A stretch of DNA of 64,000 bases from Akkermansiaceae bacterium (GCA_021733795.1 JAIPKB010000004.1:1516-65515), one strand, 5' to 3'; shown: positions 39,429-51,490, counted from the first letter of the stretch. Program-made: numbers and translations. Notes: generated from the sequence alone by a model not told the origin.

Positions 39429-40526
39429 ATGACCCGTCACTCCGCTCCATCGAACCACCCCGGCCGATGGTGGACCTCCCTGCCCGACGGGCGGGTGGAA
39501 TGCCGCCTGTGCCCGCGGTTATGCAAGCTCAAGGACGGTCAGCGCGGGTTCTGCTTCGTCCGCCGCAACGTCGGCGGACGGGTCGTGCTCACCACCTATG
39601 GCCGAAGCAGCGGCTTCTGCGTCGACCCCATCGAGAAGAAACCCCTCCACCATTTCCACCCGGGGACCAGCGTGCTTTCGTTCGGCACTGCGGGCTGCAA
39701 TCTCGGCTGCCGCTTTTGCCAGAATTGGCACCTCAGCAAGGCCCGGGCATTTGACCTGCTGGCCGACGTCGCCACCCCGGAGCAGATCGCCCGGGAGGCG
39801 ATCCGCCTCGGCTGCCGGTCGGTCGCGTTCACCTACAATGATCCGGTCATCTTCGCGGAATACGCGCTCGATGTTGCCCAGGCGTGCCGCGCTCACGGGA
39901 TCGCCACCGTCGCAGTCACCGCCGGCTACATCACCGACGAGGCACGGAAGGATTTTTACCAGGACATTGATGCAGCCAATGTGGACCTCAAGGGCTTCAC
40001 GGAGGAGTTCTACCAGCGGGTGTGCTCCGCCCGGCTCGCGCCGGTGCTCGCAACCCTGCGCTACCTGAAGGAGGAGACCAACCTCTGGCTGGAAGTAACC
40101 ACCCTTCTCATTCCGGGGGAGAACGACAGCGACGAGGAACTGGACCGTGCCTCGGACTGGTTTGCCTGCAACCTCGGCCCCGATGTGCCCTGGCACTTCA
40201 CCGCCTTCCACCCGGACTTCAAGATGCGGGACAAGCCGTCCACGCCCCGGGCCACCCTTCGGAGGGCCCGGGAGCTGGCGCGCTCCAAGGGATTGCACCA
40301 CGTCTACGTCGGCAATGTCCGGGATCGCGAGGCGGAAAGCACCTGGTGCCCGGGTTGCGGCGAGCTCCTCATCGCGCGGGACGGCTACCAACTGGTCAGG
40401 TACACCCTCGACGACAACTGCTGTGGCAGATGTGGACGGGCGATTGCCGGTGTCTTCGATCCGACCCCGGGCCGCTGGGGGGCGCGCCGGATGCCGGTGA
40501 TCCTGGGAGGCGGCCCGGCCGCGTGA
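39429..40526 (+). CDS. amrS: AmmeMemoRadiSam radical SAM enzyme
   Basis: CRLCPRLC...GFC, DPIEKKPL, GCNLGCRFCQNW, FTYNDP, FHPDFKM motifs. Confidence 0.92.
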   Translation: MTRHSAPSNHPGRWWTSLPDGRVECRLCPRLCKLKDGQRGFCFVRRNVGGRVVLTTYGRSSGFCVDPIEKKPLHHFHPGTSVLSFGTAGCNLGCRFCQNWHLSKARAFDLLADVATPEQIAREAIRLGCRSVAFTYNDPVIFAEYALDVAQACRAHGIATVAVTAGYITDEARKDFYQDIDAANVDLKGFTEEFYQRVCSARLAPVLATLRYLKEETNLWLEVTTLLIPGENDSDEELDRASDWFACNLGPDVPWHFTAFHPDFKMRDKPSTPRATLRRARELARSKGLHHVYVGNVRDREAESTWCPGCGELLIARDGYQLVRYTLDDNCCGRCGRAIAGVFDPTPGRWGARRMPVILGGGPAA

Positions 40527-40589
40527 CCGGGGCGGGACGGTCGATCGGCAGAGGACACGGATTTCACTTCTGTCTCCCGTTGCATCCAA

Positions 40590-41903
40590 TCAACCCAGGC
40601 CGTCGATGGTCCAGCCCTTGCGGTAGGTGCGGCGGAGGAATCGGTCGGCGTCAGGAAATCCGGGGAAGGCGCAGGCGGCAGTGTCCCAGTTGAGTTTCTT
40701 CCCGGGGAAGCGCAGGGCGACGTTTCCGAGCAGGACGGCTTCGGTCACGGGGCCGGCCAGGGTATCGAAGGGGCAGAGCGTTTTCCGGGAGCGGTCGAGG
40801 CAGGCGCGGGTCCACTGCATGTAATGGTCGTCGCCGGTGACTTTCGGGTAGGCGTATCCGGAGAATTTTGCGCTGGGATAGAGCCGGTGACCCTGAATGA
40901 ATCCGTCGTCGCCGACGATGAGGTTGCCACCATCGGGGACCTTCCAGTTGCTGGGCATGAACGGGAACAACTTGCGGTCGGGCAGGGCGCCGCCGTCGTA
41001 CCAGATGAGTTCGAACTCGCCGCCGGTCAGGTCGTTGGCTGGAAACGCATAGTGAATCACGCTCGACTTCGGGTAGGTCTCTCCGTTTGGCGGGTCGCCA
41101 TCCGACCAGATTTGTGTTGGGGCCTTCAGTTGGAGACCGTCCCAGAGGTGTACGAGCGAGTGACAGCCAATGTCCCCCAACGCTCCGGTGCCGAAGTCGA
41201 GCCAACCGCGCCAGGCGAAACCGTGGAGGTGATCGTGATAATCACGGTAGGGAGCGACGCCGATCCAGGTGTCCCAGCTGACACCCGCGGGCACGGGCTT
41301 GGCGGGAGGACGCTCCAATCCCTGGGGCCAGATCGGCCGGTTGGTCCAGAGGTGGATTTGGCGGATGCGCCCGATGGCTTTGCGGCGCAGGAGCTCGACG
41401 GTGATCATGCTCTCGGCGGTGGAACGTCCCTGGGTGCCCATCTGGGTGACCACGCCGTATTTCGTCGCCGCGAGGGCGATCTGGCGGGCCTCCCAGACCG
41501 AGTGCGTGAGCGGCTTCTGGCAATAGACGTGCAAGCCGCGGCGCATGGCGGTCATCGTGGCCGGGGCGTGGGTGTGGTCGGGGGTGGAGACGGTGACGGC
41601 GTCGAGCCCGTCCATGCGAAGGAGTTCGCGCCAGTCGGTGAAGGTTTTGGCGTCGGGAAACCGCTTCGCCGCCTTGGCCAGATTTCCGGCGTCGATATCA
41701 CAGATGGCGACGACACGGGCGTGCTCCTTGGTGGTTTCGATGATGTCGCCCCAGCCCTTGCCACCGACTCCGATGGCTCCGACGCGGAGTTCACCGCCGA
41801 CCGGTGCCGCGCCAGCGCGGGGAATAGCGACCAAGGGCGCGGAGAGTCCGGCAGCGGCGGCGGTGCGGAGGAATTGGCGTCTGGTGGTGGTGCGGGTGGT
41901 CAT
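40590..41903 (-). CDS. Tat-exported Gfo/Idh/MocA oxidoreductase
   Basis: TRRQFL twin-arginine signal, IGVGGKG, TPDHTH, YCQKPL, GALGDIGCH motifs. Confidence 0.92.
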   Translation of the reverse strand: MTTRTTTRRQFLRTAAAAGLSAPLVAIPRAGAAPVGGELRVGAIGVGGKGWGDIIETTKEHARVVAICDIDAGNLAKAAKRFPDAKTFTDWRELLRMDGLDAVTVSTPDHTHAPATMTAMRRGLHVYCQKPLTHSVWEARQIALAATKYGVVTQMGTQGRSTAESMITVELLRRKAIGRIRQIHLWTNRPIWPQGLERPPAKPVPAGVSWDTWIGVAPYRDYHDHLHGFAWRGWLDFGTGALGDIGCHSLVHLWDGLQLKAPTQIWSDGDPPNGETYPKSSVIHYAFPANDLTGGEFELIWYDGGALPDRKLFPFMPSNWKVPDGGNLIVGDDGFIQGHRLYPSAKFSGYAYPKVTGDDHYMQWTRACLDRSRKTLCPFDTLAGPVTEAVLLGNVALRFPGKKLNWDTAACAFPGFPDADRFLRRTYRKGWTIDGLG

Positions 41904-41941
41904 GGGATGGTCTTCCGGTTGGGGTGCTTCGTTGGGACGGA

Positions 41942-42004
41942 TCAGGACCTGGTGATCGGGGGCAGGACGATGTTCCGGTAGTGGATCGCGGCGTAATCGC
42001 CCTT
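41942..42004 (-). pseudogene. C-terminal remnant of a DUF1080-like gene
   Basis: KGDYAAIHYRNIVLPPITRS* resembles the family's terminal QGDH...YRNI.L.P motif; sits directly upstream of a Gfo/Idh/MocA gene. Confidence 0.4.
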
Positions 42005-42114
42005 GGCGACCTGGGTAAACGCAAAGTCCGGGAGTCGTCTTTCATTCCCATGCCATCGCGTTCGCGGGGTGCAGGCATGAGAACAGATGACCATGAGGCC
42101 TCGAATCACGTCCC

Positions 42115-43806
42115 TCACTTGCCGACCCGACTGGTTGCCGCGGTTCCGTCCGCATCCTTGAACGCCTCTCCGGCAGCATGGTAAGCTGAGAACTCCCTGA
42201 TGGCCGGATTGCCGTCTTTGGTTGCGATGACGCGCAGACGCACGCCCCGGGTCCTCCGGCTGACGACCGGCGCGATGAAATCCTCCCCGATAGCCATTCC
42301 GTTGAAGCAACCGATCCACTTCTTGCTCGCGGCGTCCGCGTACTGGATCTCATAGCGCGCGATCGATGAGGAAGGATCCTCCCTGATCCTGAACTCGTTG
42401 ATCGTCTGTGCGGTCGGGAAAACGAGTTGCACCCACTGGCCAGCAGGCGATTCCGCCCGCCACGCGCTGTCCGTTTTGTCATCGTTGACCTTGGCGGCCT
42501 CATTGCCCCCCGCCTGCGACGAGGCGGAGGCCTTCGCCCTCAAGGCAAGGTTCGGGGTACTGCAGGCACCACTCAGGTTGATGACCTCGCAGCCGACGAA
42601 CTTGGTCTTCTTGTCCTTTTCAGGATCCATCACCTTCATCAGCGCTTCGCCCGGAGAAAGATAGAAGCGGCAGTTCTTCCACGTCGACTGGTTCCAGTCG
42701 GTGGTGTTGACGATCGCGCAGCGAGGCAGTCCGATCGGGCGCCTCGATTTCCCGTTGATGACGCAATTCTCCATCACGATCCCGGTGTGGGCGTGTCCGT
42801 CGGAGGCGTAGCAGCAGAGCAGGAAGCCCGGGCCGTCGGTGTCGTGGAAGAGGCAATTGCGCATCGTCATGTTGTCGCAGTTGCCCTCGAAATCGAACGC
42901 CTCGCCGTCGCCGCTGCCCAATCCGATCGAAACAAACCCCCACTCGTTGTCCTCGAAAACCCAGTCCTTGCAGCGAAAGAACATCGACCCGGCGACGCCG
43001 TTGAAGGAGCGGAACTCCCGGCCGGTATCGTGTGTGACGCAATGGCGCATCGCCCCGCCATCCACCCCGCGGATTCCCTGCTGCCACTGGTAGCCCTCCT
43101 CGAACAGGCACCCTTCCATGAGCATGTTCGCGAAGTTGTAGATGTAGGACGCGTTCTTGTTGAAGTTGTCCGGGCTGTTGGTCCATACACCCGAGGCCAG
43201 ACGGCGAAAAACGCAATCCTTGATCATGATGTCCTTCAACACGACCTTGTTGTCGAGCTCTCGGGAAAAGAGGCAGATTCCCAGGCCGATTTTGGTTTTC
43301 GGGTAGTCCTCGTAGTGCTGATACTTGAGCGAATCGCGGAAATAGCAGTCCTCGATCCAGAGATACTTCCGGGTTTCGCCATCGTCCGGATAGTCGGCGT
43401 AGATCCCCGTCATGCAGTGGGCGAACTCGATCCCGGTGATCTTGAATCCGCCCTGGTCCGAGAGCCGGATCCCCGTCCGGTCCTGATTGTAGTCCTCGCG
43501 ATCGATGATCGGCCTCGGACCCTCCCCGTAGGCACCGATCAAAATCGGTCGACCAGCCGTTCCGCTGCCGAGGGGGCGCAGTTCCTCGTTCCAAGTGTCG
43601 CCGCGTTTCAGGAGCAGGACATCGCCGGGAACATAGGTCCGCGAGGCTTTCTCGAGCGTCTTCCAGGGGCCGCGGCCCCCAGCCCCCGCCGCGGACGCAC
43701 CATTCCAACTGTCGTTGCCGGTGGACCGGCTCACGTGGTAAGTCGCCGCCTGCGCTGACAGGCATGCGGACACCAGGACTGCTGTCTGTAATAATAATTT
43801 TCCCAT
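42115..43806 (-). CDS. Secreted right-handed beta-helix protein with a C-terminal discoidin/CBM32-like domain
   Basis: Signal peptide, TYHVS..GNDSWNG, PGD.LLLKRG, AYGEG.RP, beta-helix repeats, NLALRAKASASS...W. Confidence 0.75.
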   Translation of the reverse strand: MGKLLLQTAVLVSACLSAQAATYHVSRSTGNDSWNGASAAGAGGRGPWKTLEKASRTYVPGDVLLLKRGDTWNEELRPLGSGTAGRPILIGAYGEGPRPIIDREDYNQDRTGIRLSDQGGFKITGIEFAHCMTGIYADYPDDGETRKYLWIEDCYFRDSLKYQHYEDYPKTKIGLGICLFSRELDNKVVLKDIMIKDCVFRRLASGVWTNSPDNFNKNASYIYNFANMLMEGCLFEEGYQWQQGIRGVDGGAMRHCVTHDTGREFRSFNGVAGSMFFRCKDWVFEDNEWGFVSIGLGSGDGEAFDFEGNCDNMTMRNCLFHDTDGPGFLLCCYASDGHAHTGIVMENCVINGKSRRPIGLPRCAIVNTTDWNQSTWKNCRFYLSPGEALMKVMDPEKDKKTKFVGCEVINLSGACSTPNLALRAKASASSQAGGNEAAKVNDDKTDSAWRAESPAGQWVQLVFPTAQTINEFRIREDPSSSIARYEIQYADAASKKWIGCFNGMAIGEDFIAPVVSRRTRGVRLRVIATKDGNPAIREFSAYHAAGEAFKDADGTAATSRVGK

Positions 43807-44113
43807 ATTTCACTTCCGTCTCATCGAACTTACCTTCATGGGATCCGCTTCTTCAGGCTCATCATCCGGGCTGCTGTTTTCATTCATGAGTTTTCATTTC
43901 TAATCATTGGGCAAGCCATCGTTGTCGCGCTGTTCCTATTCATGGGTTCTCTTGGGCTTTCACCCGTGTGGAGATCTTGATTGTGCGGACGTTTGTCCCC
44001 GGGGTCAAATCGTTATTCTCTCCCGCCGGGTCAGGCTAGGCCTTGCCCGACTCGCTCACCTTGTCAATCTTATATTCGGATTCTTTTCACTCAATTCACT
44101 GTGGATCAGTTGT

Positions 44114-44470
44114 TTACTCGCTAACCTGACGCGAATGGGGAGAAGGCCAGACGAAGGCCTGAGCTTTTCTCTTTACCGCCGGCAGGCCGTGAAGCGGAAC
44201 GAAGAAACGCGTCCCTTCCGCATCGTCGGTATAAACCCACTCGCCGCTGTTGTGGTCGGTTGGATGATCGGCAGCAACGCCGCGCGGATACCAGGTCGGT
44301 GGATTCGAACTGACTTTCTTCCATGAATTACTGGCGATTTGAGCGCCCTGAGTTCCTGGCGTAGTATTTCTCGGAGTCGTCGAGCAGGAACTGATCACTA
44401 CGCCAACCAAGCACATGGTTGTTAGGCACCACAGGAGATTACCGCAGCGGAATGCTTTGCTGGATTTCAT
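44114..44470 (-). CDS. Small lipoprotein, hypothetical
   Basis: Lipobox-like VISSC; the C-terminus may be truncated. Confidence 0.55.
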   Translation of the reverse strand: MKSSKAFRCGNLLWCLTTMCLVGVVISSCSTTPRNTTPGTQGAQIASNSWKKVSSNPPTWYPRGVAADHPTDHNSGEWVYTDDAEGTRFFVPLHGLPAVKRKAQAFVWPSPHSRQVSE

Positions 44471-44579
44471 GATGATATATTGTTCGGGTTAAGTCGGGGA
44501 TTCGTTTTACCCTCATTGCCTGAGGATCAAATCGCACTTATTCACCTCAAAAAGCCTGCCACGGAACACCTGCTCGACT

Positions 44580-44978
44580 TCAAACCTGTAATGGCAGGAA
44601 TGAAATAGCGGGCTGCCAGCGGCAGGTGAGTTGCGAGTTTGATGGTTGCTGATTTTTTTGCAAGTTCGCCTCCTGGACCGGACCTTGGGGCCAGCGGAAT
44701 CGGGTCTTGATCGTATTCAGGCCCGGTTCGATGACACACCTGGTGCCTTTGACACCCTTGCCGTTGATGGAGACGAGTTCAATGCCTTTGATACGCTCCC
44801 GGTGCTCTGGATCGGGTTTTGCGTCGATGCTAGCGGATCCCGGAGGTGGAGGCGTGTACCTCGTCGAAGCGCAGGACCCAAGCAACAGGCATGCGGTTGC
44901 CGCCGCCAGGGTGGCGGACACCCAATTGACCATGGAATCGCGTATCGTCTGCTTCATGGCTGGCGGTTGGTCTGTCAT
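44580..44978 (-). pseudogene. 3'-truncated paralogue of the lipoprotein at 57756-58424
   Basis: Near-identical N-terminal ~105 aa (LLLGSC, ELVSINGK, CVIEPGLNTIKTRFRWPQG); homology stops at ~44660. Confidence 0.8.
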
Positions 44979-45093
44979 CTCAAGGGAACATGCGTGCTGC
45001 GGGCGGCAAAGCGTCCACTGAATTGCGAAGAATCGACGGTTCCGGGATTTTTGCCTTGGTGCGTTCGCTGCTTTTCGACCTGGATTTTTCTGT

Positions 45094-48000
45094 TTATTCC
45101 CCCATCCGCCCCTCGAGGCGCAGCAGCAGCTTGTCGGTGCCCGCCACGGGATATCGGATCTCCCACGATTCCGTGTTTGCGTCCCGGTCGGCAACCCTGA
45201 CGCGGTTGCCGGTTGGCACCTCGGACCAGTTTCCCGGGGCCGCCCAGACCTGTGGGACGATGTCCACCTCGGGAACGTTCTTGCTCTTCTGGTAAGCGAG
45301 GACGAACCAAGTCTCCCCGGCGGACGGCTCCAAGCTGGTTTCCGGCAGACTTCCCTCCTCCGGCACTGCAGCGATCCCCATCGCATAGCGAAGGAGGTTA
45401 GGGTAGGAATCCGCGAAGGGGGTTGCGGTCGGCGAACCCTCAGCGCCCGCCAGCCCCAGGCTCTCCGCCCAGACCGCAAACGGCGATGAGGCCACGAACT
45501 CGACCGTGAGGGTCTTCTCATACCCGTTGACGGGATCCCTGATCAGCACGGTCGTCGTGGCGCCTGGGAAAGCGGTTGCGTCGAATTCATGCACGAACAG
45601 GGTGTCGGTGGGCCGGATCGCCAATAGCTCCGGCGAGGAGATCTCGAACTCATAGGGCTCCGCGGCAAAGGTGAAGGTGGTCTGAATCGTGACCGGCTCA
45701 CTGCCCAGGGACGGGATCGTGAGGGTGTTCACCCCGAAGGGATTGAGCGGAGTGGGATTCACCACGATGCCCGGAATGATAAACTGCGTGAAGCCTTCAC
45801 TCGAGAACTCCTCGACGATCACCGCGTCCGCTCCGGTATTCGTGTTCGCGGTCAATCCGACCTCGAGGGTGTTGACGAAGGGACCCCGCTTCGGGGTGGC
45901 ATAGCCCAGCCAGTAGAAGCTGTTGGCGAACTTGACCAGGTTGTCCTGGATCTGGAGAAAAAGCCCCTCGAGGGAATCCGCGTCGGCCCCCTGATAGAAC
46001 CCGCCGTTGCCGAGCTGACTGAGGACATCGGTCTTGATGGTTTCCGGTTCGCCAAATGCAACCGTGATGATGCGCTTGCCGTTCCGTTGATCCAGAACGG
46101 TGGAGATCGGAAGAGGATCGGTGTTGTGATCGCCGTCGGTTAGCACGACGAGGGAGCCCTCGACAACGACACCACGCTGGGCGTCGTCGAGGAAGTATTC
46201 GTCGTCCCATTGGTCGAGTCCCGCGAGGATTGCCCCCCAGAGATTGGTGGTGGGGACGCGGGGAATTTCGGCGAGCGCATTGATGGCGGCAAGAAGGAGA
46301 TTCTTGTCGGTCGTGAATCCCTGCAACTGAATGGGGGCGAAGCTGAAGTAGTAGATGGAGATCTGCTGGTCGGGCAATTTGTTGTTGATGAACGTGCGCG
46401 CCGCATCGAGCACCTTGGGCTTCTCTTCGGCCGTGATGGAGGTCGAGTTATCGAGCATCAGAACCGTCTTCATGGTGTAGTCGAGCTGGTCCCGCCGCTT
46501 GAGCAGCACGATGCGCTCCGCCTCGCTCACCACCGATCCGTTCTCGGAAATCCTCAACTCGGCGGGATGCAGGTCGTCGATCCCCACGTGGTCCATGTCC
46601 TCCGCGTGAAAGAGGACGTTTAAATAGGGGAACGGGGCTTGGTCGAAGAAGTCGACTCCGTGGAGCCGGGCGAAACGGCTTGGCAGCACGATCGAGAACG
46701 GCACGTCACTCTGGTCGCTGACAAGGGGGTAGGCCAGGTCTGTGATCCGGATGCGGAATCCGCTCCCCAGCTTGTCGAAGGGCACGATCCATTCGAATTC
46801 CCCGCTGGCTGCCGGCACCGAATCCGCGATCGGACACCACGTTTCCGTGCCATCCATCGCGTATTCCAAGCGGACGTTCTCGGACCACTCGCCATTCCAG
46901 CGGATGGTGAAGGTGCTCCCAGCCGTCAATGATCCCGGTGAGCCGAGCAGTTCCAACTCGTGGGGCTCAATCGAGAAGAGGGCGGTACTCTCTGCACGGA
47001 TCTCCGGGACATCGGAATCCGAAACCCGCAGACGGTAGTCCATGCCGGGATCGAAGGGCACCATCCACTCGTAAGTCCCAACGGTCTTCGACAGGGGAAT
47101 CCGGGCCGGTGCCCCCGCGACGATCGGAATCCAGGTCGCCCCGCCGTCCTTGGAGTAGGCGAGGTCGACGGTCTCGACGCCTCCGCTGGTCCAACTGAGG
47201 GTGAAGGGGCTCGTCGCGATGAGGGCTAGCGGCTCGGCAAAGACCGTCAGAGCGAGGGACTTGATGCGGAAGACACCCGCCGCCGTGTCCTCAACCTCGC
47301 TCCCCGGGAGGGAATCCACCGCCCGGATTCGGAGGGCAATCGCGGAGGTCGTAGGGGTCCAATTATAGGGTCCCGACTCCGCCGGCAGGGATCTGGCGAT
47401 GGTCGTCCAGATCTGGCCGTCGTCGGTCGACACCTGCAGATCGATCTTTTCCAAGCTGGCGCTGGTCCACGCGATCGCGCGCGGCACTCCGGTTTGCCAG
47501 ACCGCGTTGTTCGCGAGATTGGTGAGATCGAGATCCGCGATGTCGAAGGCTGCGGAGGTCGCGACGCGCGCCTCGCCGCCCAACTCGGTGACCCGGACAA
47601 GGGCCTCCCGAGAAGGGGCGTTCGGGACGATCCAGTCGTAGGTGCCCAGGTCTCCGGGATAGGCCGCTTGGAGCAGGGTCCAGGCCGCACCGTTGTCGGT
47701 CGAATACTCCAGCTTCACGGCGGCAGCGGCGGTCTTCCAAACGATGGAGTGGGTGCGCCCCACCTGCCAGCGTTCCCCGCCGCAGGGCGAGAGGAGGAGG
47801 GGTGAAGTGGTGTGGGCCAGGTACCCGAGGGGCTTCACACCGATGCCCCGGAAATCGCCGCCGGCCCACAGGGCCCCATCGGGAGCGAGGGCCATCGCGG
47901 AGACGAGCGAGCTTCCGGAGCCAAGCGCCTCGCTCCAGCGGAGGCCGTTCCACTTTGCAATGGTCACTCCCCCTGGGACAACACCCATGCCCCCTTGGCC

Positions 48001-49611
48001 CCCAGCGTAGATGTTGCCGAGAGGATCCGCCGCCAAGCTGCGGACCCGCGACGGGTCCACTCCAGCTGTTGACAGGTCATGCCAAGCGGAACCATCCCAA
48101 CGTGCGATCCCGTATGCATTCGGGCTTCCGGCTCGGAGAAAATCCCCGCCAACGATCAAACTCCCCTGCGCGTCGATGGTGAGGGCATGCACTGGTGCGT
48201 CCATTTCTCCGCCGAGCGAGTTCCATGCGGATCCGTTCCAGGATGCGATGGACTTGGCGGGTCCTCCACCTGCGGTGGTGAACTCGCCGCCCGCATAAAC
48301 GATCCCGGAGGGATCGACCGCCAAGGCGCGGACGGGGCCGTTCATCCCGAGTCCGACCTTTTCCCAGGTGGCCCCGTTCCACTTGGCGATGCGACCGTAT
48401 CCGGAGAGTCCATCGGCCCACGTGAACTGCCCGGCGGCGTAGACGTTGTCGTCGGCATCGACCGCGAGGGCGAACACGGTGCCGTTCAGGCCACCCTTCA
48501 GGCTGCTCCAGGTGGTGCCGTCGAACACCGCGATCCGTTGGGCGGGCTTGCCGGCCGCGGTGGTGAACTCCCCAGCGGCATAAATCAGATCGTTGGAGTC
48601 CACCGCCAGAGCGTGGACGGTGCCGTTCAAGCCGGTTCCCAGCGCCTCCCACTTGCTGCCATTCCATCGCGCGATGTGATTGGCGGAAATGTCAGCGACC
48701 CTTGTGAACTGCCCCCCGACGTAGAGGTTCCCGCTCGAGTCAAAGGCCAGGGCGTTGACCGGGAGATCCGGACCGGCTCCAAGCGTCGACCAGGCGGCGT
48801 CCTTCCATACGGCGAGTCCATTGACCTCAACTCCGCCGACGCTGTTGATCTGACCTCCCAGAATGATCCTGCCCGTCAAGTCGGCGGCCAGGGTCCAGGG
48901 GATGCTTGTGCCGAGAGTGCCGTCGATACCACCTCCCAATTGGCTCCACGTCGTGCCGTCCCAACTGGCGATCCCCTTGGCCGGGACTCCTCCCGCCGTC
49001 GAAAATAACCCGGCGGCGTGAATCTTTCCTCCGGCGTCCAGCGCGAGGGACGTGACGGTCCAGTTCAGACCAGGGAACGACGCGTCCCACGCCGTCCCAT
49101 CCCACCTGGCGAGGTGACTCACGGTGAGACCGCCCGCACCCGTGAAGTTACCGCCGACGTAGAGGTTGCCATCCAGATCGAGGGCGAGCGCATTGACCCC
49201 CCCTCCGGCGTCGATCCCGGTTCCGAGGGAGGTCCATTCCTGCAGCCCGAATCGCGGATTCCACTTTGCAACGTGGTTGGCGGCTACCCCTCCGGCGGTG
49301 GTAAATTGCCCTCCGGCGTGGAGGTAGAGATTCGCATCCTCGATCAGGGAGGAGACGGGGGCGTTCATTCCGGTTCCGAGCGGGGACCAACTCACCCCGT
49401 TCCAACTCGCAATGTGGTTGGCGGGCTGTCCTCCGGCCGAGGTGAAGTTCCCCCCGGCATAAAGGTAACCGAGCCCGCTGACCTCGAGAGCGTCGACCCT
49501 GCCGTTGATTCCGCTTCCGAGAGCGCTCCACGCCGTCCCGTCCCATTTCGCGATGTTGCTTGCCTCCACCTCACCGGCGCTGGTGAAGAATCCACCAGCA
49601 ATCAAGTGTCC
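45094..49611 (-). pseudogene. 3' part of an IS-interrupted surface protein (beta-propeller repeats, Ig-like repeats, VWA, C-terminal anchor-like domain)
   Basis: Many AGG.FT.AGG..A..IA.WDG repeats; KLEYSTDNG-type repeats; VWA MIDAS LDNSTS...LTDG. Confidence 0.88.
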
Positions 49612-49646
49612 CAGAACACCTGACCTCGTGTTGTTACAGGATGGGG

Positions 49647-51353
49647 TTAAGGTGATACCGATTTGAAAACCATGCGTAGTTCGGTACCCGGGTAGAGAGT
49701 CTCGGTGGCGTTGAGTTCGGCGCAAAGGTGGGCGACGGCGGCGTTGTTCTTGGGCGTGGCCAGGCTGTGGAGGGTGATGGTGAGGGTTTTGGTCTGCTGA
49801 TCGGGCACCAGATCCGCAGGGGTGGTGCAGAGATCCCGGATGAGGGCACGCGCTTCATCCTGATGGTGGGCGTTGAGCCGCTCGCGCACGATGTGGGACA
49901 TGGCGGTCTCGGCCCGATAGGCTATCATCTTGATCGTGTCGATGAAGTACTTGCTGCGGGTGGCAAGTTTGAGGAAACGATCCGCTTCGGGCAACTCGGC
50001 GAAGGTGAGGTGTTTGGTGGTGTCCTTGCGCTTCTTTTTGAGTTTGTCGAGTGCGGCTTCCTCCCGCTCGATGTCGGCCCGCAGAGTGGTGGCGCAGCGC
50101 ATGTAGTGCTCGGCTTTGGCTGGCTCGAGTTGTCCGGAGATGCCCAGATCGTGAAGACGGGCCTTGCGTCGGTGCTGGGTGGCCACCCGCTTGCGGACCT
50201 CCCCGTCGAGCTTGCGCCAGGCGGGGTTGACGAGGCGGGTGGTATCATCAACCTTTTCAAGCTGGTAGTCGATTTGACGGTCTAAATTGAAGTGTTCCCG
50301 GCCATATTTGAAAAAGTTCTCTTGATACCATCGGCCAAATTGGGGGCCGGCGATTTGTACGGCACTGGCTCGCCATTCGGTGCTGATGATGGCCACTTGG
50401 TGACCGTCGGCATCGAGCTTGCGGATTTCCCGAACCCAGAGTTGGTCGTTCTTGTCGCTGCCGATGAGGGTGCCGCGTTCGGCCAGAAGCATGTCGGCAT
50501 GACCGCCGATCATGAGGGGCACCTGACGGGTGCTGAACTCGTTTCCTGGCCAATCCTTGGCGGGATGTTTGTGATAGGTTTGGCAGGCGATGCGTTTGGC
50601 GGCCATGCGTTTGAAAAAGCCGGGGCTGTAGCCTTCGCGGTCGAAGATGAGCCGGAAGCGCATGCGCAGCGGGTCGGCGTCGAGTTGGATTTGGGTGGGT
50701 TGGTCGGGGACGAGGGGTTCGAGTTCGGGCACGATTTGTTCCTCAAGGGTGCGGATGAGGCCGGGATCGACGGCTTGGTTGATTTTGAAAAAGGGCAGAC
50801 CGTCCAGGCCGTTTACCCAGTAGTCGGTGGTGGCGCGCAGGCAGAGTCGTTCACGGGCGATGTAGTGACGGGGCAGTTTGGTCAGGTGCCCATGATAGAC
50901 GCGGGCGTGGCCGTCGATGTAGAGGGTGGCGGTGGAGGCGGGATTGGCGGCCATCCAATCGTCGCAAAGTTGCGCGGACCAGCCTTTGCCATTGCCGTCG
51001 GCGGTGAGGATTTTGATTTTCGCGCGCAGGGTTTTGGCTTCGGGACAGCGGTCGAGACCCAGCAGTTTTCCCCATTCGCCGGGTGCGGTGGAGCGAAGTT
51101 GTTCGATGGATTTGATGCGACAGAGGGCGAGCATGCCCAGCAACATGAAGATGTGCTCCAGTCCGTAAAAACCGGCGGGCAGGGTGAAGAAGCGCGCGGA
51201 GTGGCGCAGTAGTCCGGCGGCGATCAGGGCAGGCAGGGCGAGCAGCACCCCGCCGTGGGTGATGCTTTCGCAGGGACGCTGGAAGTCACTGGGCACGGCG
51301 GCAATCCCGCCGAGACTGGCCATCACGCTCATGGCCTCGTCGGTGGCGGCCAC
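49647..51353 (-). CDS. Transposase catalytic ORF (orfB)
   Basis: IDGH, FDREG, RWYQENFFK putative D-D-E; the frame stays open upstream to the A8 run at 51499-51506. Confidence 0.85.
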   Translation of the reverse strand: MAATDEAMSVMASLGGIAAVPSDFQRPCESITHGGVLLALPALIAAGLLRHSARFFTLPAGFYGLEHIFMLLGMLALCRIKSIEQLRSTAPGEWGKLLGLDRCPEAKTLRAKIKILTADGNGKGWSAQLCDDWMAANPASTATLYIDGHARVYHGHLTKLPRHYIARERLCLRATTDYWVNGLDGLPFFKINQAVDPGLIRTLEEQIVPELEPLVPDQPTQIQLDADPLRMRFRLIFDREGYSPGFFKRMAAKRIACQTYHKHPAKDWPGNEFSTRQVPLMIGGHADMLLAERGTLIGSDKNDQLWVREIRKLDADGHQVAIISTEWRASAVQIAGPQFGRWYQENFFKYGREHFNLDRQIDYQLEKVDDTTRLVNPAWRKLDGEVRKRVATQHRRKARLHDLGISGQLEPAKAEHYMRCATTLRADIEREEAALDKLKKKRKDTTKHLTFAELPEADRFLKLATRSKYFIDTIKMIAYRAETAMSHIVRERLNAHHQDEARALIRDLCTTPADLVPDQQTKTLTITLHSLATPKNNAAVAHLCAELNATETLYPGTELRMVFKSVSP

Positions 51354-51490
51354 ACCCCTCGGGGCTGCTGCGTCCTCGCGGCTGCGCTGGCTTTTGGTTA
51401 CAGGCGCGCCCGGGACGTGCGTGGGTGGTGGCGTGGCAGCTTGGCTTTCGGCAGGCTCCGGGTCACTGGAACTGCCCGACCGGGGCTGGC

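Noticed and set aside
49612-49725. Listed N-terminus of the 1543-aa ORF (MRRTQRH...)
   Set aside because: It derives from the IS end; the true N-terminus is at 52320.
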